Below, in pieces: positions 45,360 to 53,848 of a stretch of DNA of 64,000 nucleotides. The notes beneath the pieces were generated by a model, which did not search any database, had not been told where the DNA came from, and was given only the letters and a program-made list of their open reading frames with translations. Source of the stretch: Solirubrobacterales bacterium (lineage in GTDB: Bacteria; Actinomycetota; Thermoleophilia; Solirubrobacterales; JACPNS01); contig JACPNS010000016.1 of assembly GCA_016185345.1 (NCBI GenBank), forward strand, positions 54,975-118,974, in the 5' to 3' direction. A program made the translations under genes and the position numbers. Positions within the stretch are counted from its first letter, which is position 1, and each line of letters starts with the position of its first letter.

Positions 45360-46664
45360 ATGCCCGCGCCGGCTGGCACCGGGCTCTCGCGACGTCAGTT
45401 CCTGTTGCGCAGCGGCGCGTTCTCGCTGACGATCTACGGGGCCATGCACCTCGACGTCCTTGGGCTCGGCGAGGCGATCGCCAACGCCGCGGCGGGTCCG
45501 CCTGATCCGATCCTCGTTTCCGTCTTTCTGGACGGCGGCGCAGACTCGCTCTCGATGCTTGCCCCCGTGGAAGACCCGCTCTACCGCCAGCTCCGCCCCA
45601 CGCTCGCCCTTCCGGCAGATGGCGGCAGCGCATTCGCCGACGACACGCGCCTGCGCTGGAATCCGGCCGCAGATGGCCTGCGCACGCTGCACGAGGAGAA
45701 CAAACTCGCCGTCGCGCCATCGGTTGGCTACGACAACCCCGACCAGTCGCACTTCACATCGCGCCACTACTGGGAAGTCGGCGCGGTCGACCCGCGCCTG
45801 CAGACTGGCTGGCTCGGCCGATACCTCGATGCTGTGGGCAGCCCCGACAATCCGCTGCAAGGTCTTTCGCTCGATTACAGCCTTTCCCCATCCCTTGCGC
45901 CCGTGAAAGCCCCGGTCGCGGCGATCTCCCAACCCAGCTCATACCGCTTTGAGCACCAGAACGTCTGGGGCGAACTCGGCACGACGATGGTCAACTCTCT
46001 CGAAGACCTGGGCGTTTCAAATGCGCGATCCAAAGACCCATCTGTGAAGAAGGCCGCGGCGGCCAACACCCAGTCGATGAAGCTTCGCCAGCAGTTGCTG
46101 CCGTTTGCCGTTGATGAGGACGATCAACCGATCGGCATCAGGCCCCCGGCCGGTGTGGTCTACCCAACAGACGGCGGAGACTTCCCCGAGCGGATGCAGG
46201 CGCTGGCAGCGATGATCGGCATCGGCCTACCCCTTCGTTGCGTCGCCGTGCCGGGCACTGGCGGCTACGACACGCATGACTCCCAAAGAGTGGACTTCGA
46301 CCGCAACATCAAGATGACCGCCGACACGCTGCTGGCCTTCCAACGAGACCTCGAGGCCCGCGGACTACAAGATCGCGTGCTCGTGGAGGTCTGGAGCGAG
46401 TTCGGGCGCAGGCCCGAGGAGAACGGTTCCGCCGGTACCGACCACGGAGCCGCCGGCGCAGCGATGCTGATCGGCTCACGCGTCAAGCGCCAGCTGCTTG
46501 GCGAATGGACCGGCCTCGCCCAACTCGACGAGGACGAGAACATGCGCGCAAGCCTCGACTACCGCGCGCTCCACGGTGCGATTCTCGACCAGTGGTTCGG
46601 CTTTGACTCTGCTCGCGTGATTCCGGGCGTTCGTAACTTCGGGCTACCCGATCTGCTCAACTGA
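45360..46664 (+). CDS. DUF1501 domain protein (Tat signal, sulfatase/phosphatase-like fold)
   Basis: Twin-arginine leader (LSRRQFLLRSGAFSL), LDGGADSL, GGYDTHDSQ and SEFGRRPEENGSAGTDHG blocks typical of DUF1501. It is the usual partner of DUF1800. Confidence 0.8.
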   Translation: MPAPAGTGLSRRQFLLRSGAFSLTIYGAMHLDVLGLGEAIANAAAGPPDPILVSVFLDGGADSLSMLAPVEDPLYRQLRPTLALPADGGSAFADDTRLRWNPAADGLRTLHEENKLAVAPSVGYDNPDQSHFTSRHYWEVGAVDPRLQTGWLGRYLDAVGSPDNPLQGLSLDYSLSPSLAPVKAPVAAISQPSSYRFEHQNVWGELGTTMVNSLEDLGVSNARSKDPSVKKAAAANTQSMKLRQQLLPFAVDEDDQPIGIRPPAGVVYPTDGGDFPERMQALAAMIGIGLPLRCVAVPGTGGYDTHDSQRVDFDRNIKMTADTLLAFQRDLEARGLQDRVLVEVWSEFGRRPEENGSAGTDHGAAGAAMLIGSRVKRQLLGEWTGLAQLDEDENMRASLDYRALHGAILDQWFGFDSARVIPGVRNFGLPDLLN

Positions 46665-47059
46665 TGCGCCGCGTATTCCGAATCGCGCTTGTTGGCACCG
46701 CACTATCGCTTGGGTTGGTTGGCGGCGCCCTTGCAAACACTGATTCTGCGAAAACGAGCGCAACGCCCAACAGCGCTGTCCAGGCCAGTGGCACCGAATT
46801 CCGCATCGCGCTTTCCCGCAGCAAAGTCGCCCCGAGCAGGCTGCGCCTCGAATTCGTGAACTACGGCGAGGACGACCACGACCTAGCCATTCGCCGCGTC
46901 GGAACGACCTTGGTGCGCAACCTGGGAACGACGCGGCCCGGCGAGCGCGCGGTCGAGCGCTTCAAGGTTCGCAAGGGCACCTACATTCTGTGGTGCACCT
47001 TGGGCGACCACCGCGCTCGTGGCATGAAGGCGACCCTGAAGGTACGCCCGAAGTCTTAG
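46664..47059 (+). CDS. Secreted cupredoxin-like (type-1 copper site) protein
   Basis: Sec signal peptide, then EFVNYGEDDHDL ... YILWCTLGDHRARGM, giving a His...Cys-x4-His-x4-Met ligand pattern. 1-nt TGATG overlap with the DUF1501 gene. Confidence 0.65.
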   Translation: MRRVFRIALVGTALSLGLVGGALANTDSAKTSATPNSAVQASGTEFRIALSRSKVAPSRLRLEFVNYGEDDHDLAIRRVGTTLVRNLGTTRPGERAVERFKVRKGTYILWCTLGDHRARGMKATLKVRPKS

Positions 47060-47712
47060 AAAAGGTTCTCGAGCCCAACGGTGATCGGGTCGGTCAGATC
47101 ACCAACCGCACGCACGGCCAGCAGGACGCCGGGCATGAAGGATTCGCGCGTGTAGGTCTCATGGCGGATGCTGAGCGTCTGACCGGTCTCGCCGAAGACG
47201 ACTTCCTGACTCGCGATCACTCCGGGCAGGCGGATCGAGTGGATCGGCTCGTGGACGTTGCCCCCGGCCTCTTCGATCAGGTTCTTGGTCCGGATTGCCG
47301 TGCCGCTTGGCGAGTCGAGCTTTGCCGGGTGGTGCAGTTCGATGATCTCGCACTCGGGCATGTACTTGGCAGCGGTCTTGGAGAGTTCCATCAACATCAC
47401 CGCGCCGATTGCGAAGTTCGGGGCGAAGAAGAGCTTGCCGCTGCCGGCGCCCTCGAGCTGAGAGAAGTCGGCGCCAGTTGTGCCGATCACGCAGTGCGTG
47501 TCAGAGGCGATGATCGTGCGTGCGTTCTCGAGCGCAGTGTCGGGACGCGTGAAATCGACGACGACGTCGGCGTTGTCCAAGACGTCCTCGAGCGAAACTC
47601 CGAGCGCAGGATCGGCCTGGCCGGTCAGCTCCATGTCGTCCGCACCCTCAACGGCCGCGACCACGGCCTGACCCATCTTGCCGGCTGCGCCGGAAACAGC
47701 TACGCGAATCAC
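47056..47712 (-). CDS. dapB: 4-hydroxy-tetrahydrodipicolinate reductase
   Basis: MIRVAVSGAAGKMGQAV (NAD(P) site), IGTTG, APNFAIGA and ELHHPAKLDSPSGTA motifs. Confidence 0.9.
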   Translation of the reverse strand: MIRVAVSGAAGKMGQAVVAAVEGADDMELTGQADPALGVSLEDVLDNADVVVDFTRPDTALENARTIIASDTHCVIGTTGADFSQLEGAGSGKLFFAPNFAIGAVMLMELSKTAAKYMPECEIIELHHPAKLDSPSGTAIRTKNLIEEAGGNVHEPIHSIRLPGVIASQEVVFGETGQTLSIRHETYTRESFMPGVLLAVRAVGDLTDPITVGLENLF

Positions 47713-47720
47713 GGCGTCGG

Positions 47721-49013
47721 TCAGGCGGCCAGCGGGGCTGCTGCCAGATCGGGGTTCAAGGCTTCGAGCGCCGTGCGGATCGTCGCTTCGTCTGCGCCGA
47801 CGGCCGCGACGTTGAAGCGCTTGGGCGCGTAGAACTCTGAGGCGATCGCGTGGAGGTCATCCATCGTCACGGCCTGGATGCGCTCCTCGATCTCGTCGAG
47901 TGAGAGAATCGGCACGTCAAAGAGGACCGATCCACCGAGCTGCATCATGCGACCCATCGGCGACTCCATCGATAGCGCCGTGCGGCCCTTGAGGTTCTCC
48001 TTGGCTCGCGAGAACTCGGCGTCGGTCGCTGGCTCGTCGCAGAGGTGCTGGAGTTCGCGAGCGAAGATCTCGATCGACTCAGCGATGCGGTCCGGGCGCG
48101 TGCCCACGTAAAGGCCAACCTCGCCGGTGTCGCGGTACATCTGGTTGTAGCTGTAGACCGAGTAGGCCAGTCCGCGCTTCTCGCGGACCTCCTGGAAGAG
48201 CCGCGAAGTCGTGCTGGATCCGAAGATCGTGTTCAGCACCATGAAGGCGAATCGGCGATCGTCGCCCCGCGCGGGGCTCGGCGCACCGAGCGCCACATTG
48301 ACCTGTTCGGTTTCCTTCTGAAAGAAGCCAAAGGTTGGCGCGACTGCGGCAGGAGCCGCTTCGTAGCTGGGTGCGGTGCCAGGACGGTCGAAGCCGAATG
48401 ACTTTGCGAGCGCAACGATCGCGTCGTGGTCCACGGCGCCAGCTGCGGCGATAACCAGGTTGCTTGGCACGTACTGGCTGTCGCGGTAGGCCGCGATGCG
48501 ATCGACTGAAACCCCGCCGACGACCTCTTCGGTGCCGATGATGCGGCGACCGAGCGGCGTGTCGCCGAAGACGCGGCGGCCGAGCAGATCAAAGACGATG
48601 TCGGACGGCTCGTCCTCGTACATCGCGATCTCTTCGATCACAACCTGGCGCTCTGCGTCGATGTCCTTGAAGGTTGACTTCATGACCATCTCGGAGATCA
48701 CGTCGAAGGCGTTCTCGAGGTGGCGGTCAAGAAAACGGGCGTAGACGGTGGTGACTTCCTTGTTGGTCGAGGCGTTGACCTCGGCACCGATCGAGTCGAA
48801 GAACTCGTCGATCTCGTTCGAGGAGTACTTGTCGGTGCCCTTGAAAAGCAGGTGCTCGAGGAAGTGCGAGAGGCCCGCCTCGTTCAGCGCTTCGTTGCGT
48901 GAGCCAACGCCGACCATGATTGAAAGGGCGATCGAGCGAACGTTCTCGAAACGCTCGGTGACGATGCGCAGCCCGTTGTCGAGCGTGGTTATTTGATGAT
49001 TTGAGTCAGCCAA
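47721..49013 (-). CDS. M16 (pitrilysin) family zinc peptidase
   Basis: Inverted zinc motif HFLEHLLFKG, downstream E-rich NAST/EEI region, two-domain length of 430 aa. Confidence 0.85.
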   Translation of the reverse strand: MADSNHQITTLDNGLRIVTERFENVRSIALSIMVGVGSRNEALNEAGLSHFLEHLLFKGTDKYSSNEIDEFFDSIGAEVNASTNKEVTTVYARFLDRHLENAFDVISEMVMKSTFKDIDAERQVVIEEIAMYEDEPSDIVFDLLGRRVFGDTPLGRRIIGTEEVVGGVSVDRIAAYRDSQYVPSNLVIAAAGAVDHDAIVALAKSFGFDRPGTAPSYEAAPAAVAPTFGFFQKETEQVNVALGAPSPARGDDRRFAFMVLNTIFGSSTTSRLFQEVREKRGLAYSVYSYNQMYRDTGEVGLYVGTRPDRIAESIEIFARELQHLCDEPATDAEFSRAKENLKGRTALSMESPMGRMMQLGGSVLFDVPILSLDEIEERIQAVTMDDLHAIASEFYAPKRFNVAAVGADEATIRTALEALNPDLAAAPLAA

Positions 49014-49025
49014 GATGGGCGAAGC

Positions 49026-49514
49026 CTATTCGAGGTCGCTTGCGAGCAAGTCCATAAGGAGACCGTCGCTCTTCTCGCCGGGTCGCAACTCCTCGTATTG
49101 GCGCGCGATCCCGATCGCTTTGAAGCCAGTCTTCTCGTATGTGCGGATCGCTCTAGCGTTCTCGGCCGACGGGTCGATCGTGAAGCGGTGGTGCCCTCGC
49201 CCGATGAAGTAATCGATCACTACGCGCAGCGCCTCTGGCCCGTAGCCCTGCCCGTGGAAATCTGGATCCAGCATGATGTCGAGCCCGACGCTTGGGTACT
49301 TCGGATCTTTTTGCTCCTCGTATCCGAGCCAACCGATCACCTTTTTGTCGAGGAAGATCGTGAGGCCCTGGAGCAGCTCGTCGTCATCCTCGGAACCCTC
49401 GAAGAGGCCCCACCACTCAGCGGCGCCGGGTGCCTGGATGATGCGGCGCAGCTCCGGCAGGTCGTTCACGTGGACGTCGTGCAGGCGGAGCCGGGTGGTC
49501 TTCAAAGTTTGCAT
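49026..49514 (-). CDS. GNAT N-acetyltransferase (AAC(6')-Ib-like architecture), paralog 1
   Basis: HGQGYGPEALRVVIDYF...FTIDPSAENARAIRTYEKTGFKAIG resembles the acetyl-CoA site and C-terminus of AAC(6')-type GNATs. Substrate unknown. Confidence 0.8.
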   Translation of the reverse strand: MQTLKTTRLRLHDVHVNDLPELRRIIQAPGAAEWWGLFEGSEDDDELLQGLTIFLDKKVIGWLGYEEQKDPKYPSVGLDIMLDPDFHGQGYGPEALRVVIDYFIGRGHHRFTIDPSAENARAIRTYEKTGFKAIGIARQYEELRPGEKSDGLLMDLLASDLE

Positions 49515-49523
49515 CGATGGAGT

Positions 49524-50015
49524 TTAGGCCTCGAGCTCTCGGGCGAGCAGATCCATCAGCAGGCCGTCGCCCCACGTGCCGTCCTCAAACAGTTCGGCCT
49601 CGCGTTCGACACCGATCGGCTTGAAACCGACCTTTTCGTAGGCACGGATCGCGTGCTTGTTGTTGGTCGACGGGTCGATCGTGAAACGATGGTGCCCCTT
49701 CGCGATGAAGTGGTCGATAATTGCGCGGAGCGCCTCCGGGCCGTACCCCTTGGCGTGGTGAGCCGGATCAAGCATGATGTCGAGCCCGACGCTTGGATAC
49801 TTGGCGGCCGTCTCCTCGTTGAATCCGATCCAGCCGATGATCTCGTTTGCGAGCAGGATCACGTAGCCACCGAGAAGCTCGTCATCGTCTTCCCGACCTT
49901 CGTAATACCCCCACCACTCGGCAGCGCCCGGGGAAGTAATGATCGCGATCAGGGTCGGAAGGTCCTCCACCTGCGCGGGGCGAAGACTCAGACGATCTGT
50001 GGTCAGCGTGTGCAT
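49524..50015 (-). CDS. GNAT N-acetyltransferase, paralog 2
   Basis: Roughly 55-60% identical by eye to the downstream paralog, with the same length and motifs (HAKGYGPEALRAIIDHF...FTIDPSTNNKHAIRAYEKVGFKPIG). Confidence 0.8.
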   Translation of the reverse strand: MHTLTTDRLSLRPAQVEDLPTLIAIITSPGAAEWWGYYEGREDDDELLGGYVILLANEIIGWIGFNEETAAKYPSVGLDIMLDPAHHAKGYGPEALRAIIDHFIAKGHHRFTIDPSTNNKHAIRAYEKVGFKPIGVEREAELFEDGTWGDGLLMDLLARELEA

Positions 50016-50064
50016 CGAAGGTCAGTGCTCCGGGTTGAAGTCTGACGAATCCAAGCGAGATTCT

Positions 50065-50118
50065 GCCCCAACATACGTCCTGCCGACCCCGGGCAGGACG
50101 TATGTTGGGGCGTTTTTT
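50065..50118. terminator. Perfect 20-bp stem hairpin between pnp and the GNAT genes
   Basis: GCCCCAACATACGTCCTGCC-gaccccg-GGCAGGACGTATGTTGGGGC followed on the plus strand by TTTTTT. It lies 73 nt downstream of the pnp stop on the minus strand, where there is no U tract. Confidence 0.55.
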
Positions 50119-50190
50119 GGCTTACCTGCCGTTAAATGAAACGAGCCGCGCGATGGCGGCCCGTTTCAGGATCTTGCGTTTGGCTTGGAG

Positions 50191-52515
50191 CTAGTCGCGT
50201 GAGCGCTCGCGCGGACGACGCTCACCACGGGGTGCGCCGTTGCCGCCACGGTCTCCGCCGCCACGTCCACCGCGGTCTCCGCCTCCTCGGCTTCCTCCAC
50301 GGTCTCCGCCTCCACGGCTTCCGCCACGGTCGCCTCCGCCGCCACCAGCGCCACCGGCGCCGATGCCAACGAGTTCGTCCTTGCTCTTGCCCGCGATTGC
50401 CGGATCATCCGCGAGGCGCAGGCCAATACGGCCGCGGTCTGCGTCAACTTCGACGACGCGCACTTCGAGAGTCTGGCCGCGCTCAAGCACGTCCTCGACG
50501 GTCTCGACGCGCTCGCCGGGCTTGACATTGCTGATGTGCAGCAGGCCGTCGGTGCCCTTGGTCAGTTCCACAAATGCTCCGAACGTGGTCGTCTTCACGA
50601 CTGTTCCGGTGAACTCGTCTCCGAGCTCGACTTCCTTCGTCATTGAGCGGATGCGGTCCACGAGGCGCTCGCCAAGTGCACCAGAGGTGCTGTAGACCTG
50701 GATCGTTCCGTCGTCTTCGACGTTGATCTCGGACTCGAACTCTTCGCACAGCGCGCGGATGGTCTCGCCACCCTTGCCGATGACGACGCCGATCTTGTCC
50801 TGGTCGATCTTGATCGAGGTGATGCGCGGAGCGAACTCCGACATTTCTTCACGCGGACGGTCGATTGCCTCGAACATCTTGGAGAGGATGAACGCACGAC
50901 CTTCCTTGGCCTGGGCCAGGGCGTCGCGGAGGATCTCGAGCGTGACGCCCGTGATCTTGATGTCCATCTGCAGGGCCGTGATGCCGTCAGGCGTACCAGC
51001 GACCTTGAAGTCCATGTCGCCGAGGTGGTCCTCGACGCCGGCGATGTCGGAAAGGACGATGTACTCGTCGCCTTCCTTGATCAGTCCCATCGCGATGCCG
51101 GAGACCGGCTTCTTGATCGGCACACCAGCGTCCATCAGGCTCAGGGTTGAGCCACAGACCGAACCCATCGAGCTCGAGCCGTTGGACTCAAGCGTCTCTG
51201 AGACGACGCGGATCGTGTACGGGAAGTCTTCCGTGCTCGGGATCACCGGTACGAGGGCGCGCTCTGCGAGTGCGCCGTGACCGATGTCGCGACGCTTCGG
51301 GCCACGCATGAAGCCAGCTTCACCGACCGAGAACGGCGGGAAGTTGTAGTGGTGGAAGTAGCGCTTCGTGGTCTCGAGGCCCAGTGTGTCGAGGCGCATC
51401 TCTTCGCGGGTGGTGCCCAGCGATGCGAGCGAGAGGATCTGGGTCTCGCCACGGGTGAAGAGGCCTGAACCGTGTGTGCGCGGGATCAGCCCTGCTTCGC
51501 ACTCGACCGGGCGGACTTCGGTGGACTCACGACCGTCAGGACGCTTCTTGTCAACGGCGATCAGCTTGCGCGTGACTGCCTTCTCAAGTGCCTTGGCGGC
51601 GTTTGAGACGTCGGTGGCGTACTTGGCGGCGGCGTCCTCATCGAGGTCGTCTCCTGCCTGGAACTGCTCCTTGATCTCGGCCTTGATCTCGTCGATCTTG
51701 GCGTAGCGCTCGAGCTTCTCCGGGACGGTGACCGCTGCGGTCATCTTCTCGGTGAATGCGCCAGAGACGGCTTCGAAGACTGCCGGGTCGGCCGCTGCCG
51801 GCGCGAAGTCGGCAATCTTTTCCTTGCCCTTGGCTGCACGCAGCTCTTCTTGGAGCGCACAGATCTTCTTGATCTCGGCGTGCGCGATCTCGAGAGCGTC
51901 GAGAATCTGCTGCTCTGTGACCTCGTTGGCGCCAGCTTCGACCATCAGGATGGCCTCAGAGGTACCGGCGACGATCAGGTCGAGCTCGCTCTCGCCGTCG
52001 GGGAGGGTTGAATCCTCGTCCGGGTTGACTACGAAGTTGCCCTCGATCAGACCGATGCGCACGGCGCCGATCGGCGTGACGTACGGGACGTCACTGATCA
52101 TCAGCGCTGCTGAAGCGCCGTTCATTCCGAGAACGTCGTACGGGTTGACCTCGTCCACGCTCAGCGGCATTACGACGATCTGCGTGTCACGTGTCCAACC
52201 GTCTGGGAAAAGCGGACGGAGCGGACGGTCGATCATGCGGCAGACAAGGGTTGCCTTCTCGCCTGAGCGGCCTTCGCGCTTGAAGAACGAGCCAGGGATC
52301 TTGCCCTTGGCGTACATGCGCTCTTCTACGTCAACTGTCAGAGGGAGGAAGTCCATTCCGCGATCTCCGCCTGCGGTCGCGGTCACGAGGACCACGGTGT
52401 CACCAGACTGGACGATTACGGAGCCGCCGGCCTGCTTGGCCAGCTTTCCGGTCGTGAACGACATCTCGGTGTCCCCGACCTGCACCGCTACGCGATGCTC
52501 TTCAAAACGACTCAT
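50191..52515 (-). CDS. pnp: Polyribonucleotide nucleotidyltransferase (PNPase) with RGG-repeat C-terminal tail
   Basis: Two RNase PH domains, KH (VIGKGGETIRAL) and S1 (GTVVKTTTFGAFVEL), then a ~50-aa GGGDRGGSRGG repeat tail. Confidence 0.95.
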   Translation of the reverse strand: MSRFEEHRVAVQVGDTEMSFTTGKLAKQAGGSVIVQSGDTVVLVTATAGGDRGMDFLPLTVDVEERMYAKGKIPGSFFKREGRSGEKATLVCRMIDRPLRPLFPDGWTRDTQIVVMPLSVDEVNPYDVLGMNGASAALMISDVPYVTPIGAVRIGLIEGNFVVNPDEDSTLPDGESELDLIVAGTSEAILMVEAGANEVTEQQILDALEIAHAEIKKICALQEELRAAKGKEKIADFAPAAADPAVFEAVSGAFTEKMTAAVTVPEKLERYAKIDEIKAEIKEQFQAGDDLDEDAAAKYATDVSNAAKALEKAVTRKLIAVDKKRPDGRESTEVRPVECEAGLIPRTHGSGLFTRGETQILSLASLGTTREEMRLDTLGLETTKRYFHHYNFPPFSVGEAGFMRGPKRRDIGHGALAERALVPVIPSTEDFPYTIRVVSETLESNGSSSMGSVCGSTLSLMDAGVPIKKPVSGIAMGLIKEGDEYIVLSDIAGVEDHLGDMDFKVAGTPDGITALQMDIKITGVTLEILRDALAQAKEGRAFILSKMFEAIDRPREEMSEFAPRITSIKIDQDKIGVVIGKGGETIRALCEEFESEINVEDDGTIQVYSTSGALGERLVDRIRSMTKEVELGDEFTGTVVKTTTFGAFVELTKGTDGLLHISNVKPGERVETVEDVLERGQTLEVRVVEVDADRGRIGLRLADDPAIAGKSKDELVGIGAGGAGGGGGDRGGSRGGGDRGGSRGGGDRGGRGGGDRGGNGAPRGERRPRERSRD
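50236..50334. repeat. Imperfect ~27-bp tandem repeats encoding the (G)GDRGG(S)RGG tail of PNPase
   Basis: CCACGGTCTCCGCC-type units recur about four times, in frame at the pnp 3' end. Confidence 0.7.
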
Positions 52516-52657
52516 GAAGTTTTTATTCCTTTCGCCCCCGGATGGGGCGGTTCTTTTGCGTCTAAATAGCTTTAGCTATGAGGTTTCAGGCTACCAGCCA
52601 GCACATGCGTAAGCCGTCCCCTGAGAGGGAGTCGGCAAATCACTTCAAAAACAGGGT

Positions 52658-52927
52658 CTAGCGACGAAGCCCGAGGTCCGCAATGAGCTTGCGGTAACCC
52701 TCGAGGTCACGGGACTTGTGGTAGTCGAGCAAGCGGCGACGCTTACCGACCATCTTGAGCAGACCGCGGCGTGAGTGGTGGTCCTTCTTGTGGTCACGCA
52801 GGTGCTCGGTGAGGTGATTGATGCGCTCGGTGAGCAACGCGACCTGGACCTCGGTGGATCCGGTGTCAGTGGCGCTCTTGCCGAACTTGCCGACGATTTC
52901 GGCTGTTTGTGCTTTTGTCTCTGGCAT
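52658..52927 (-). CDS. rpsO: 30S ribosomal protein S15
   Basis: 89 aa: [47 protein letters not shown]. Confidence 0.95.
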   Translation of the reverse strand: MPETKAQTAEIVGKFGKSATDTGSTEVQVALLTERINHLTEHLRDHKKDHHSRRGLLKMVGKRRRLLDYHKSRDLEGYRKLIADLGLRR

Positions 52928-52954
52928 AAGAAGATGTGAGGATAACAGGGGCGT

Positions 52955-53848
52955 TCAGGTACGCAAGCTTGCCTGCGAAGCGCAGATTTCCTTGGCTTGA
53001 GCCACGTCGAGGTGCATCTGCTCGATCAGCGGCTCGGCGCCTTCGAAGCGCTTTTCGCCACGTAGGCGCTGGAGAAATTGGATCTCGGAGGTCTTGCCGT
53101 ACAGGTCTCCGCTCCAGTCGATCAGGAACGATTCGACCAGCAGGCCTCGGCCAGTCTGGAAAGTTGGCCTCACTCCCACGTTGACGGCGCTCGGGACTCC
53201 ATCGGTCAACGCCGCGTAGACACCGTGGCCGGGTACGCAGTCGTGCTCGTGCGGGGCGAGATTCGCGGTCGGGAAACCAAGGTCACGCCCCCGCTTGTCG
53301 CCGTGGATGATCTCGCCAATCATTGTGAAGGGGTAGCCGAGCAATTCATCGGCGCGAGCGACGTCGCCGGCCGCGATCAAGCCGCGGATCTGGCTCGAGG
53401 AGACGATCTCTCCCCCGCTCTCGACGAGCGGAACGACCGTTGTCTCAAACTGATCGAACTGCGCGAGATACGCCGGATCGCCCTGCGCCTTGGCGCCGAA
53501 GCGGAAGTTCTCGCCGACCGACACGTGGGTCGCGCCGAGTCGGTCGATCAGGATCCGCTGCACAAACTCCTCGGCCGGCATCTGCGCGAAGTCCTTGTTG
53601 AACTCGATCAGAACCAGCTCTTCGACGCCGATCCCATCAAGAATGCGGGCCTTCAGTATCAGCGGCGTGAGCATCTTGGGGGCAGCGTCGTGACGCAGCA
53701 CGTAGAGCGGGTGGGGATCGAATGTAAGAACCGTCTGCGAGCCCTCGATCACCCTGCGGTGCCCGAGGTGCACGCCGTCGAACACGCCGATCGCAACGCG
53801 ACGTGGCCTCAGCTCAACTTCTTCAAGACGCAGCGTCTGGATGCTCAT
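52955..53848 (-). CDS. ribF: Bifunctional riboflavin kinase / FMN adenylyltransferase
   Basis: VAIGVFDGVHLGHRRVI (FAD synthetase), and GDKRGRDLGFPTANL plus the C-terminal riboflavin kinase barrel. Confidence 0.9.
   Translation of the reverse strand: MSIQTLRLEEVELRPRRVAIGVFDGVHLGHRRVIEGSQTVLTFDPHPLYVLRHDAAPKMLTPLILKARILDGIGVEELVLIEFNKDFAQMPAEEFVQRILIDRLGATHVSVGENFRFGAKAQGDPAYLAQFDQFETTVVPLVESGGEIVSSSQIRGLIAAGDVARADELLGYPFTMIGEIIHGDKRGRDLGFPTANLAPHEHDCVPGHGVYAALTDGVPSAVNVGVRPTFQTGRGLLVESFLIDWSGDLYGKTSEIQFLQRLRGEKRFEGAEPLIEQMHLDVAQAKEICASQASLRT

Noticed and set aside
50240-50695. Plus-strand ORF encoding PPRSPPP repeats
   Set aside because: It is the antisense reading of the RGG-repeat tail and S1 domain of pnp; PNPase on the minus strand is unambiguous.
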